Below are positions 46,210 through 60,100 of a stretch of 64,000 nt of DNA, piece by piece; within the stretch, counting starts at the first letter, position 1, and every line of letters starts with the position of its first letter. A model generated the notes under the pieces. It was not told the origin of the DNA, made no database searches, and was given only the letters and a program-made list of their open reading frames with translations. The stretch covers positions 248,001-312,000 of the forward strand of contig LVLI01000005.1 in the NCBI GenBank assembly GCA_001687465.1, read 5' to 3'. Source of the stretch: Halocafeteria seosinensis. Its lineage: Eukaryota. Made by a program: the position numbers and the translations under genes.

Positions 46210-49200
46210 ATGAACCTGCAGTTGACGCTCTTCCTGGCAAGCTGTCTTTGGGTTGCAAGGCAAGCTCAGGGTATATGCCCCTCAAGATGTAGCGGCCACG
46301 GCTTATGCACCAATGATCCACAATTTCGTTGTTCCTGCTTCCCTGGATTTACCGGAGGGGATTGCTCGCAAAGTATGCTTCTCCGGGTCATTCTTGGACT
46401 TCTTTGTATGCGTAAATGCATACGTTTATTCTGCATTTTCAGGAACATGCCCGCTCGGAAAAGCATGGATAGCTCCTTCACAATCGACAGATGGTCTTCA
46501 TGAAGAGGAAGTTGAGTGCTCTGGTGTTGTAAGTCCTTGCTGGAGACGTGAAGTAGTTCGCATTTATGTATGAATGCACGACGTCAAATCTGAGGCGCAG
46601 GGAGAATGTGACCGTATCACGGGGAAGTGCGATTGTCGCGAGGCCTTCGGGGGGGCCAATTGTGCAGAACGTGCGTTGAAGCTTCAGTCTCTTCAAACCT
46701 GCATTAGAATACGTATCGTTGCCCGCTCTGTGCAGTAAAATGTGCAACCGATACAGCAGGCAACGTATGCCACGGTCACGGTCGATGTTTAAGTTTGCGC
46801 GAAGCCGGAGAGGAGGAGAATTCAATTTTTGATAGGTATGTCTAATTAGGGATGAGCACCGGAAGAGGATATTTCTACATCACTGGTCTATGTATTGCAG
46901 AGAGAAGGTAGCTTACGAATTATGGGATGCCGATCGTGTATTTGGCTGCGTTTGTGATTTGGGATTTAGTGGGCACAATTGTGAAACAAGGTAGAGTCTT
47001 TGTCTCCCAGGAGGCTCCGTATCATTGCCTACGCGGTGTGTTGCCTTTCCAGAGACTGTCCCGTTGGAGATGACCCGCTTATTCCGGGCCTCAAAGACCA
47101 AAGTAAGTAGAGGCAACAGAATTTATCATAGATATAAATTATACGTCCCTGTGGTGGACAGGCGAAACGCAGATATTGGAATTTCCCGAAGGCTTGGATG
47201 AATTCAAGTTTATGTTTCGGCATCGTACTACGGCGACTTTGAGTCTCGCGGACGGAATTGGAGAAGCTGATCTCGAGGAAGCACTGGAAACGCTGCCTAC
47301 GTGAGTTTACCTCTCAATCAATAGCGGCACAACTAATGTCAGTAATTGCTCCCCCGCCTCCACAGGATTAGCAACGTGACAGTATCATTGCGTGACAATT
47401 TGCTGCCAGAACTCGGGTCTTTAGTAGCTCCACTAGCAGCAGGCACTTGTAAGAAATGGGACCATGTGGTTTGTGTACTAATACAACGCTACCAAGTCTT
47501 GACTATTCAGTTGTCCATGTCACGTTTGAGGAGGACGTTGGGAATCTACCGAGTCTGAGGCTACTGAATAAAAACGGCCATTTCTTTTCCAACTTTAGCA
47601 AACTTTTTTACCAGGTTAGTTAGCAATTAAATTTATTACCTAATCTATGGTGTGCATCGTTGCCGTTGTGCTCCGCAGTCGGCTAAGTGCGCACCAGACT
47701 CCAGCGGGGAGTTAGTCCTCTACGCGACTACAGGAGAAACGGATCCTCTGGATGATAGCGCCACGACTGCGACAGATATAAAGGATGCTTTGGTTAACAG
47801 CTTTCAAAGGTATGAACAGTTAACGCGTTCCACCTGGTGGCATAAGAGGTACTACTAAATGCTACAGTTTGAACGGTGATAACGTGTGGGTTTTCACGAG
47901 AGACGGTGCCAAGTTCGACGACAGTGACGATGTAGCTGGGAATGTATGCGAGTTGGACGAGTGTATGTACAGTGCTTGAGAGACTTGAATTGCGTTGGTG
48001 TATAAGCGACTCTTCGTTACAGTTATCCATGTGATCATCAAAAGTGAGGAGGAGTCAGTAATCTCCCTAAAGCTGAACCATTCCTCCAGCAATACTACTA
48101 TAGACTTTGACGAATACAAGTCCACTAGTGGAAGCGTACTCAAGGACCAAGTGCAGATCATCACATGCAAAATGCCTCTGGATAACCCAGATGATGCTGA
48201 ATTCCGTGTGGAATATGCAAAGTTCGATAACTCGGGGAAGAATGTGTCAGCTCGGATTAGTGCAGACGCAAATGCAACCACGGTGAAAGGAATATTGGAC
48301 GAAGTATTTGGGTAAGCACGCCTACCATTTACAATATTTATCAGGGATAAGTTGGAATGAATCGCACAGGACGGGCGTGCTCCAAAAGGTAGAACTTTTC
48401 GATTCTGGAGGAAACCAAGTAGAAACCGTTTGCCACGAAGATGGTCATTGTACGTCTGAAAATTAAGCACTATTTATCTGCAACTAATATGAACTTTGGT
48501 GCCTTGAGCAGACACCCATGTTACTATAAACAAGGAGAAAATTGGGCATAGAGTGTTGAATCCGATAAGAGTAAAAGCGCAGCAGCTAATAAATCCCTGC
48601 AGTACGACGGTTCCGTATAGGTTTTGCTTTTTGACAAGGTGTACTGCATGGTTGGACATAAACACAAAGCTTGGTCGAGTGTCCCGCGAGCTTAGAGATA
48701 TCGTCGGATCTGTCACAATTGACCTGTTCCAAGTCAACACAGCAACTGCTGACATCTTCACGTTTGTAGCATGCCAGTCCTTATGTATGTGTTTTGATTC
48801 CGTGTGAGACTGCTCTATCACTCTATTGCACAAATGAAGTAACTCTGATGCAGCTTGGACGGTTACATTCGAAAGTCTGCGTGGACGAGTGTCTCCGTTA
48901 TTAACTCTGGAACGCGACGGACAGGAATCCAAGAATTTTACAAAACTGATTGAGGTACGTTACTGCGGAGCAGGTATTGGACTTTTCATTCTTTACTGTG
49001 CTACAATAGGTAATGCAGGGCTTTGATGGAGAGAAAGACCTGTCCGCTACATACGACCTAAGACCTTTTTCTCCTGAGGTCCAGAAACTGGAATGCGAGT
49101 GTACAGAAGACGATTGCGGCCGATTCGTTCTTTCTTTTGGTGGACGTGTAACGTCATCGATTCAGTGGAACGCTGTCCTAAAGGCAGAACAGGAAGACGA

Positions 49201-51352
49201 CAGCAGCTCTTCCTTCGACACAGGGCCTGGGAGAAGCCTTGTAAGTATCTTAGGGGAGCTGTTTCCGGATGAAATATTCAGTACGACGACTGTTGAAGGA
49301 ATTGGTGGTACTGACAGAGTCTGTCAACCTCACGCCAACACTTCTCTTTTGATAACGTTCCGCAACGCGGTCGGAAATGTACCAAGCATAAAGGTGCACT
49401 CATCCAGCAGCGCTCTGGGTCTTCGTATAAGCACTGTGCGCGAGGGACTGCGGGGCAAACAAGAATGCAGTGGGAGAGGAACATGCAGCTCGGGGGTGTG
49501 CTCTTGTTTTGATGGGTGGGAAGCTTCTAATGGGAACCACGAAAGAGGCACGTATGGCAACTGTGGGTTCTACCAAGGGGCTCCCACTTGTCCAGGAACT
49601 ACGGATGACCAAGAATGTTCGGGACATGGAACCTGTAGTGGGGCACCAACATATCGCTGCCATTGTAACCCCGGGTTTGATGGGGTGTCATGCAACAACG
49701 CAAAATGCCCGTCAGCAGAGGCGTGGTTTGATAGGCCTCGTTTCCACAACCGTGCTCACTTTCCGGCGCCTTGTGCAAATAAGGGCACTTGTAATATCGG
49801 ATCTGGAACCTGCAGTTGTCAAGATGGCTACACGGGGGCTGCTTGCGAATTTACCCAGTGTCCCGTTCGGGACCGAAAAGTTTGCAGTGGGTTTGGGAGG
49901 TGTTTGCCTCTTTCCGATATTGTAAAGCAATATAGTTCGAATGGAGAGCCTATCGGGGACATTGGATCTGATGAATACAGAATGTTCGAAATACAAGAAG
50001 CACAAGTAAAACCGAAGTCGGCAGAGGAGCAATTTGCATTTATGTTTAGAGGTTCCTTAACCACTAATGTCGCTTGCAGTGGAGCCAATGCATCCGCAAT
50101 TAAGGATGCGCTTGCAGACCTCGAAGTTTCAAACAGGACCATCCAGGATGAAAATGGCTTATCAGTTTCCGTAAGTATCTTCGATCAGGACATGATACCA
50201 CTGGAATCGGTATTATGTGACGGCTCCATGAGTAGAATCTGGATTCAATTCAAGAGTAAGCGCGTAAGAGGAAATGTACCGGAAGTAATAACCAACGCAT
50301 CTGACGCCAAAGTTGTCGAAATTCGCGCGGGCCACTTTTATGAGACACAGGAAATAGTTTGCAACCAAACCTTACCTTTCACACTCTCGTTCAGAGGGGA
50401 AGATACAACAGTGATGTCAGCAGATTCCACGAGCGTAGAAATCGAAAGGCAGTTAGAGTCGTTGCATTGGATTGGAGACGTCGACGTTGGAATGGTCGAC
50501 CAGGAGTCGCTATATTATAAGCGCCTTGTTGAACCCGCGTGTACAGAGGATGGATCGACGAAGCTACGGGTAACCTTCCACGATCGTAGGTTTCATTTTG
50601 GTTTACAGTCGCTACTCAGTATCAAGTTTTCTTCAGGAGAGATCCAGAAATTCACCAGGTTTCAACCGTCTCTCTTGGCATCTTACGGCCTAAACCCTGC
50701 AAATAGAACTACTTGGGACTCACATAGGATAACAGGTTGTAGCTGCTTTCAGGGAACCGACTATAATGCTACAGCGGCCGCACCCGGCGTTGCTGACGGT
50801 ACTGTGTTCACGGGTATTCGGTGTCAGTATAGGCAATGCCCCCATGGAGTAGACCCTCGAACGGCTCTTGCTCCTTTGCAAGAATACAGAGGCTTAGAAA
50901 GGCAAGAATTATACTGCGAGGGAAGTTCCGGCTTATTCGCCCTCCGCTTTAGAGGTTCCGAGACTGTGCCACTAGGCGTCAATGATTCCACCGTTGCGGA
51001 TCTGAAGCGTGTCCTTCGAGCTTTGCCCACAGTGGGAAGGCTAAAATCTTCCTCGGATATGAACTCCTCGATCTGCTCTCCTGAGGGGACCGTCACAATT
51101 CTTCATTTCTTGACAGAACTTGGGGATATCCCTATGCTCCAAGTAATTCCTCATGCTTCCAACATCAACGTTACCGTAAACGAAAATCGAAAAGGTTTAG
51201 GTTCCTTGGAATCTTGTGCTCGGAGAGGTTCATGCAGCTTAGGGACTCCAGTGTCAACCTGCCAATGCTACACTGGCTACTATTCCAGCGATGGAAACGG
51301 AACCATAGGAGCAAGAGGAGACTGCGGGGCAAGGATAAACTCCTTGGATTGA
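46210..51352 (+). CDS. Large secreted EGF/tenascin-like repeat protein related to stramenopile tubular-mastigoneme proteins
   Basis: Signal peptide MNLQLTLFLASCLWVARQAQG. Repeated CSGHG.C..C.C..GF.G..C...CP...AW...H...CS..G.C...G.C.C modules and WDADRVFGCVCDLG..CPVGDDP. Interspersed EVQ/ERQ..C...G.F.L.F.G..T repeats. Many 5' introns and a long last exon (49013-51352). Confidence 0.8.
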
Positions 51353-51892
51353 CCTCTTGAAAAATAGCAGCTACGTGCTTCTTCGTTAATCCTTGAGACG
51401 TTAGGGCAGCCGAAATCTACGAGGCAGTGTGTCACAGCTCTCCGGCAACACTTCTCATCCCAAGTTTTGTGAAGGTTGGTTCACTTCACAAAATCCGTAT
51501 CTGTCCACTCATTGTCCGATATGCCCACATATTGTGTAGAAGAATAAAATACGTGAGTCATTGTGTTTTCACATCGTATGTTCCAAAGAAGGGTACCATT
51601 AGTATCTCTGCTCCTTGGACTGTGCTTTGTTTGCTACTGGATGAAGTGTTCTGGGTTGACATCCAGAACAAAGAACATATTACCGAGTGTAGAGAATCGA
51701 GTGTATATATCTTTTCTAGTAGGAAATAGCGTCCGTGCGTCAACACAGTCTAGTAGCCAGACGTTTGCGTATCGCCCTTTCTTTCGCTCATCGCGCAAGG
51801 AGTACTCAGTCGCTCCAGAGGACCGACAATTCACTCACGCTTCACAGCTCCTGTACAACCACGACAAGGTTTTTGGACCAAGTAAAGGGAAA

Positions 51893-52938
51893 ATGACTTC
51901 TGAACAAGGACCCATTCTGCTCGATGGTAAGGCTACATCGGCCAAAATTCGAGAAGAGCTCAAGGAAAAATGTGAAGCTCTGAAAGCCAAAGATGCTTCC
52001 ATGGTAAGGCCCCGGTATCTGCAGCTGACGGGCGCCTGATAGACGAATACCGGGGTCCATTCATGCTTCTATGCAGGTACCGGGCTTGGCTTTTGTTCTC
52101 GTAGGAGAGAGGACAGATTCTGCCACGTACGTTCGCATGAAGAAGAAAGCATGCGAGGAGGTGGGTATCCAGACATACGGCCACGAGCTAGAGGAATCAC
52201 TCTCTGAGGACAAACTAGTCAATTTGGTCAAGGAACTCAATGCTAATAGGGATGTTCACGGAATCCTCGTACAGCTTCCTCTTCCAAGTCATATTAACGA
52301 AAGAAGAGTTCTTGATGAAATATCCGTTGACAAGGATGTAGATGGACTTCATCCTTACAACATTGGCTCCTTGGTGCTGCGGGGATGCGAACCTAGATTT
52401 GTGGCGTGCACACCCTTAGTACGTACCATGTGTAGACCGCCTTTACCCTTTGTATATATTTTGCAAAGAGCTAGGTGGATTGGTTTTTCTGCAGGGATGT
52501 ATGGAATTGTTGAGGCGCTATGAAATTCCGATTCGAGGTAAACGCGCCGTTGTCATTGGGAGAAGCAACATCGTCGGCTTGCCAATGTCTCAGTTGCTCC
52601 TGAAAGAAGATGCCACGGTTACATGCTGCCATAGTAAGACAGAGGACATTGCAAGTTATGTCAAAGAAGCGGATATTCTTGTAGCTGCGATCGGAAAAGC
52701 GGAATTTGTGAAAGGCAGCTGGCTGAAGCCAGGAGCCGTCGTCATCGACGTGGGCATGAATCGCGTGGATGATGAAACCAGGCAGCGAGGTTATCGCCTC
52801 GTCGGCGATGTCGAGCAGCAAGAATGTAGGAAGCATGCGTCCGCTATAACTCCCGTTCCTGGTGGAGTCGGTCCAATGACGATAGCAATGCTCTTGAATA
52901 ACACAGTGTCCAGTGCAATGCGGATATACTCTGTTTAA
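51893..52938 (+). CDS. folD: Bifunctional methylenetetrahydrofolate dehydrogenase/cyclohydrolase (FolD-type); may start upstream at 51578 or 51641
   Basis: [45 protein letters not shown] and [16 protein letters not shown] motifs. Two introns. Confidence 0.95.
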
Positions 52939-53009
52939 TGTCTCAATAAGGATGGATGAAGACAAGCACATAGAAAGCTTCGTTCCTCAAAAGATATACA
53001 ATCCGTTTC

Positions 53010-53928
53010 CTATTTACTCTTGGCCTCTTTAGTGTCGGAATGCATTCGTTCACCGAACAATTCGAACCCCAAGTAGGTCATGTAGCAAACTGAGAGCAAT
53101 GATGTCACCAAGTAAGAGGACTCCCGCTGTACCTCGGGTGCGTTCTTCAGGGTTCTCTGTGAGTGACTAACAGCTCGTTGCTGCTGCCACGGCGAAGGGT
53201 AAACGTAGGACTCAAAGTATATGCTAAGGGGATACAATACAGCACCGGTTGCAGCGATGGAAAAAACAATTTTATCTCGCAGAGTAACGTGAAGGGAACT
53301 AGGAGAAGCGATTCGTTCCTGTAACGACACTGTCGCTCTCCAAAGTGCGAGAGTCGACAATGGCAACGTCACCGTAGTGTGAAGGGGAGGTCGAATGTGG
53401 TCTCTAATCTGTGGAACCACATAAATACAATCGTTTCCTCTTCGATTAACGACACGCTTTTTTGAAGTCGAACAGTTGTCGAGTAGGTATGGCTGCCACC
53501 ACATGCTTATCTGCAGAGCGGAGTGATCTGGGCACCAAAGGGACGGTTACATTGCAAAGGGGGAACGTACATGGTTTCCAATCATGCAAGTCAGGTACGT
53601 GAGATATCCTATGTAACAGCTTGCCATATGCGGTCGAATTCGATTCGTCTTCATTGTCCATGCCATCCATACATGAGGGATAGCAAACTGCATTGCGTAG
53701 TTGCTGACGACTTCCGAGATCGGCTGTAACGGTAACATATAAACTCACCACGACTGAGCGAACCATTTTGCTTGTTAGTTTGACATGTTCATCTTTTTGG
53801 TGTTCTAGCTTGGTCCCTGACTTCGAAATAAGCTGAAGTGGAATTGTGATAAGTCCCAAAGCAACTTGGTACTCATGAGCTTCATGAGTCGACGCATACT
53901 CTACAGCCTTGGACAAGCGAGTTCCCAT
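53010..53928 (-). CDS. Hypothetical membrane protein (multi-exon)
   Basis: Two overlapping minus-strand ORFs (53446-53928 and 53010-53504) with hydrophobic segments and intervening splice-like sites. No family recognised. Confidence 0.5.
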
Positions 53929-54160
53929 TTCGCCCTTTGTTTACCTTTTACTTTCCGTCATACTTAGTGAAAATTGGGGTTTGCTTATACTGGACCATAC
54001 CCGTGTTCTAATTTGGTCGCCGTCGAACATGTCGCAGCTTCAACTTCATTGGCAACGACAGTATCGAGGCGTATTTCTTCCTGAATAAGGTACAAAGATA
54101 ATATTGTAAGTGTTGTAGGTTTATGCCATCGCTTTGTTCCGTAGAGATGGTCAGAAAACA

Positions 54161-55795
54161 ATGGAGTACGAAGCATCTGAAATTGGGCGCCAACAGGCTT
54201 CGGCAGGGTCTGACCAGCATCACGTACAAGAAGAGGAAGATGATGCTCTCGGTCCCGTGAAGGAGGTAGTGAATTCAGAGGGGAGGAAGACAGATTCGGA
54301 TCGCTTTCATTCTTGCAGTACTGACGAGACGGCGTCGGACACGGCGACGAGAGAGACACCGCGATGGAGGGAACCTTTTTTTATCCTGGGCATTGTGCTG
54401 CTCCTTATTGTCAATGTGCTCTGGACGGCAGCTTCAGTAGTGGTCCAGCACATCTACGATACGCTGCACTTTAAGAATTTCGTACTGCTGACATACATGT
54501 GCAATGCCATGTTCGTCATCTTACTACCGCTGGATTACGTGTACCAGCGAGTGGTGAAATCCAATCCACAGTGCATGTTAATGCTTCGAAAGCTTCAAGG
54601 AGTTCTTGGTCTAGAACCAAAGCACCACACAGCAGTCAGTGCGTCGGCAACACCGTCCCATAGTTACTTTTTGGATCCGCTAAATAAAAAGGTAAGTCGG
54701 TCTGCATCGGGTGGCGAATAGCTTCAGCGCTATAAACACTTGCAACTTATACTGTTTGGTTGGATGTTCTGACAGGTGATGAAGGCTGCTTTTCTGATCA
54801 GTCCCGTGTGGTTTCTTGCTCAGTGCACATACAATTGGTCACTTTCAGCGACAAGCGTCACCAGCAACACAATTCTTAGTACGACATCCAGGTAGGAAGC
54901 GTCTATAATTGCAAAGTTGGACGATGGGTACAACACTTGTTACTTCGTGCAGCGTATTTACCCTCGCTTTTTCAGTGCTAATATTGAAAGAAGGGTTGGG
55001 AAAATGGAAAGTTCTTGGTGTGCTTCTTACGTGAGTAGCTACCGAGAACGGTGTACATCTTTTGGATTTGAGTTCCTCATGAGAACGATCATGCAGGGTA
55101 GGAGGCTCCGTACTCGTTGGACTCGCAGATAAAGAGGACGCTCATGGGAGGAATACCTTTTTGGGAGATATTTTGTGCCTTGTCTCTGCGCTGATGTATG
55201 GAATATATACAGTCTCGATTCGCTACAGCGTACCGGAGGATGGCAGTGTCAGAATTACTCAACTTTTCGGCTTTATAGGCCTGGCAAATCTACTGCTTAT
55301 ACTTCCTGTCGTCATTATTCTACATGTGACAGGTGTGAGCACTGTGGAACGCATGAGTGCTGAACTTTTTGGATGGATCGTAAGTGACCACATGGGTGCG
55401 CTTAGGTTTTTCATCTTGGAATGGAACGATTATGGAATGTGCAGGTATTTAAGGGTTTGGTAGACAATGTGCTATCCGACCTTATCTGGGCATGGGCAAT
55501 CACGCTGACGAGTCCGACGATTTCCACCGTTGCTTTATCCTTGACTATACCGTTGGCTATGCTAGCCGATCTAGTCTTCAAACACATCACCCCTACTATA
55601 TTACTGACCCTTGGTTCTTTGATTTCGATCTTTGGCTTTGTGTCTACAAATGTAGATCCTCCTAATCCGGAGGAGCTGAGGACAATGCCAGGTATTGGGG
55701 AGGCAGAAGCATCGGCTGATGACGCCACCGAAGGAGAACACAAGCGTTTACTCTCACAAAATGGGAGGGTACGACAAGACAGTCTAAACTCGTGA
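54161..55795 (+). CDS. SLC35F5/THI74-like DMT (EamA) transporter
   Basis: VNVLWTAASVVVQHIY, SPVWFLAQCTYNWSLSATSVTSNTILSTTSS, GDILCLVSALMYGIY, GLVDNVLSDLIWAWAITLTSPT and LSLTIPLAM are typical SLC35F5 motifs. Confidence 0.88.
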
Positions 55796-55899
55796 GAAAC
55801 CGCCATGTACCCGCTCTGAGGCTGGACTGCGTGTCGATCAGGAGCAGTTAGTGCGGCTTGCTGAATCCACATGTGTAGAAAATTGTGGATACACAAACT

Positions 55900-56848
55900 G
55901 ACTCCAGTTTTGCAGTCCATGAGCCAGACTGGTTCTTAGCAGGAAATCCGACTTACCGGCGTCTGTAAAGATGTCGCAAGGGAAGCATGCACTCGCCATG
56001 CAAAGTCAAACCGCGATGATGTCCCATTTCCAAATGGGGAACTCCGCGTACAATAGTATCTGTACAGCTCTGTAAATGCCAATTGCGTCAACACATTGGT
56101 GAACATCAGGATCATCGTCCGATCATTGCGTTCGGACACGATCAATGCAGCCGTGGCAAATCCAAATCCACTGGACTTTGCAAAACTCTAAGAAAACGGT
56201 TACAGCAGAAACACGCGCATGTCGGGGAAGTTGATGAATATGCCTTAATATTGCTGCTATTGCTATGGTCGAGTGAAGGACGCAGTCTTTGCGGGAAAGG
56301 AAAGCACGGAATTCAAAGTTTGCTGAAATTGTTTGAATTCGAACGCGGTACTCATCGCGACATCAATGCGTCCCTCAACATTGGGCCAATATTCTGGATG
56401 ATATACAATCAGAGAGTACAGAGTCGTCAAATTTTTCCGGATAGCCTGCGGGTAAATCCCTAAGCGACATGTAGTTCAAACAGACACACAGAATTTTTAT
56501 CGAACTCAATATGTAGGTACATTTAGCGCATGTCTTTGACCGACTGTTCCATAGTCTCAACAATTTCTCCAAATTGCCACAGTCACATACAATAGACATG
56601 GAACCACGCTGGGCTGCTACCGCTGCTGTTGGGAGTTTCATTTTCCTCGCTGTCGTCTTGTCTGCCATCGCACGCTCCAAGTCCATATACCTGCCCCTGC
56701 TTTTGTGTTGGGTCGTTGTCAAGTGATTGTTCCGTTGTAATGCTTGGATACATACACTTTGTAGCCCAGGAGGAACAGTCGAGCTAACAGAAACATGGTT
56801 AGCGATACGAGTTTCAATGCACTCACCATCCGCCTCAGTTAGTTTCAC
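55900..56848 (-). CDS. Possible hypothetical protein, structure unresolved
   Basis: Minus-strand ORF fragments 56375-56848 and 55936-56145 with nearby splice-like sites. A continuous reading frame could not be assembled. Confidence 0.25.
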
Positions 56849-57153
56849 TGCCCATCGTTTTGGTACGATGGTCTATGGTAGTTGCATGCAGTCTTAGTCT
56901 CACTGGGCCTGGCAGGTTCTGGCTGCGCGAAGCGAAGCATTGGTGAAGTGAAACAAATGATTGACGACTTTGCCAGCGCAGCCGTCAGACGATCAGCGAG
57001 ATGGCGTTTTCTGGTTTGATGAAGGCGTCCAGGTCCTCGGATGGATTAGAGTATGTTGAATAACAGGTATTGGGAATATAGGTAATCCTCCTGTGTCTGG
57101 TAGTTGTATGTGTAAAGTGCTAGAGGCAACCGTGTAGGGGCAATCGATTCATC

Positions 57154-60100
57154 ATGGCACATTTACGGAGGTCTACGGACGAGAATGGGCTGCACGATGC
57201 CTCCACGATGGGTGATGTGAGCAGCTCTTCCTCCCTAACAAGGAAGAGTGCCCAGGGATCGGTGCAAAACAGGGAAGGGGTTGAAGAGAAGGGCACGAGA
57301 ACTACCGCGAATGGGGAAGCTGACCATTACCTTCCCCACGCCCCTGAATCAAACGACGATTACGGAGCTCAAACTTCATCCTCCTTTCTGGAGGGGGCTG
57401 CCGCCGCAGCCGGACAGAGTGATGGAGAAAGAGCTGCCCAGTCGAGCAATCGTCCATCCGCGAGGCCCTCACGGCAGTCCATTAGACATGAGGATGGTTC
57501 GAAAGCGGGTAGAGCTGAATCATTTAGCACCGAGAGCACTCGAATATCCGATCATGCGTGCAATTATAGGCCTTCTGTGGACGTCAATCTAACCTCCGTC
57601 TCTACGTTTCCCAACGATCGTCACTCAATAATGCAGGAGGTCATCGGTAACGCTAAGGATTTTGCAGGTGGTTTATCTGAGGGTATTGGATTTACGACCG
57701 ACGAAGAGGATCATTGTTTTTCTTTCGTCCCGAAAGACGTGCTAGAGGATGAAGGCAGTGAGGACGAAACTGATGAGAAGGATGACACTGTAAACGACGT
57801 GGGTAAGGCGCAACGACCGCGGGGGCCATCCTCCTCGAGAGATCTTGCTCCCATCGTCGCTCGCCCGGCCCCGGTGACCTCTTCTGTTGGAGGCATGTGG
57901 TCTCGTGAAGGAGGAAAGTCGCGCTACGTAAACATTGAGCGCTCTCACTCGTCGAATGAAGATGACGAGGAGTTTGTTACCCCCGTTACCACGGTGGGGC
58001 GTGGCCGATCTCACCTTACAACGCTTGTGAGGACTTTTGCCATGGCGCATGCAAATGCGTTTCTCTCGAGCACTCCGGCATTTTCTGCTTCGGCGACTGA
58101 TGCAACGTCTTTTTCGTCATTTGAGACTTATGACTATTATCCACCACCCTTGAGCCAGCTCCAGAATGCTACCCACTGGCCGGAGGTCGATAAGAAATCT
58201 TTCAACGACTACATATCTCGACTAAGATCAGTAAGAGCACGCGAAGAACTGCCGCATCCTATGGAGACTTGCTTACGTACAATTATTTCGGCGTCTGCTG
58301 TAGCTCACAGTGATGATTCTCTCTCGTTCCTCCGGCAGAACCCGTCTGTAGCTAGGAAACTGTTGAGGAAGCATAGCAAGTCCTCTATGATGGAAAACCA
58401 TTTTGCTTCAGAGTCGAAAGGAGACGAAGTCGGCGATGACTTGCCTGTATGGTTAGAGCGGCGATTAGAAGATGCCGGTGAAGTCTTTCGATCCCGTGAG
58501 CTCGCCGACATCTCTCATTTCCATGCTGTGATAATGGGGTGGTGGCCATACTTGCGTTCCGTCAATGACGCGTACCGTATCCTTCAATTCCAAGAGAGCA
58601 GTAAGAATGACGAAACGGCCTCTCCCGATATGCAATCAAAACTGAATGAAATACCCAAGGTCTTTTTCGACCCACAGTTTGATTTGAAGACGGCACACTA
58701 CTTTAACTTACTGTGTCTTGATTCTGATGAGCAGGAAAGAGGCACTTCCAGCCGGGATTTAGAAAGTGCTGTATTTGACTCGAGAATCTTCAGCATGCTC
58801 TCTAAGCATCTTGATGTGGTGGAAAATGACTTGTCTAACAGAGTTCGTTCGCGAAAGGATACACTTTTTCATGCCTTAAGCATGCTGCAGGTACTTCGTG
58901 ACAAGCTTTCGGAGACATTTGCAAGTGTTGCTCGCCTAAAGGATCAGGTCTCTCACACCAAGAAAACAAAGGCTGAGAAGATGCTGCATATTCTTCTTCT
59001 TCGTCGCCGGTCCGAGAGAATGAAGAAATACAAACAGCTCTTACACAATATTAAAGAAATTTTAAGTCTCAAAATAGAAGTTCGAGATAGGTATTCCCGG
59101 GGAGAGTACCGATTGGCACTGCATATCCTGGCGCATATTGGCCGCTGTTTGCGGAATGTAGTTGGAGATCGACAAGCGTCCGCCCGCGATGGTCGCCAGC
59201 TGGCGGCATTTCCCGGAATGATGAGAAATAACGATAGACTCCGACAGAGTGTAGGAAATACACTAATCAAGCGCTTCACTCGAAGCTCCACTCGACTGAT
59301 ATCAGCGGGAGCAAACGCAAGCGAAGTTGCTGATATGATTGATAAATTGTGTCTTTCTGAGACCCAGGCTACCGCTGTTAACAATTTTCTGCGGGGGTGG
59401 AGTAGGGACACCAGCAAGGCCGAAACAAACTTTGCTACACTTCAGTCTGTTGCCGATACTGTCAGGGACAATTTGGACGCTGACCCAAGGTATCTTTCCG
59501 AGAACCCGATGGAGTCCCAGGTTGTAGACGAGTCGGAGGCGGTGTCCGATGATGCATGCGTAGAGGCTGTACTACACTTCGGCATATTGCCTCTTGTAGA
59601 TGCTCTACTTCTTGCGGACGTTCATTCGGTGGTCGATGAAATGAGTATCGGTCGGTCTGGAAACCGTGGTACCGGGTTTAACAAGAATTCGCAGTCATTG
59701 TTGCAAGCAGGGATAGAGGGTTGTCGTACTCAAATTATCAAGGAAATTCGAACTGTAATGAAACTGGAAGTGGGTGAATATGTAAGGATGCTACAATCGT
59801 CAGCGTTGGATGAAGATACCGCAGGTGAGGAAGAAGAGGATGCAGACGAAGGCAGAGAAGAAGATGACATTGATATTGGCGGCAATATTGGCGTGAAGAG
59901 GGCTGAGTTACGATCACTCTCAGTGTCTGACTTCCATAAAGTTTTCAGTGCGGTTGTCAAAGCTTTAATAGGAGTTCTTCGCCGTGTTTCGGCGCTTCAT
60001 GCGTGTATTTGCCATGTAGTTAATGTATACGAAAATGACATAGAAAGCACATCCTCCAGCGATGTACGAGGTCAGGATATTTATCGGAATATTGGATATA

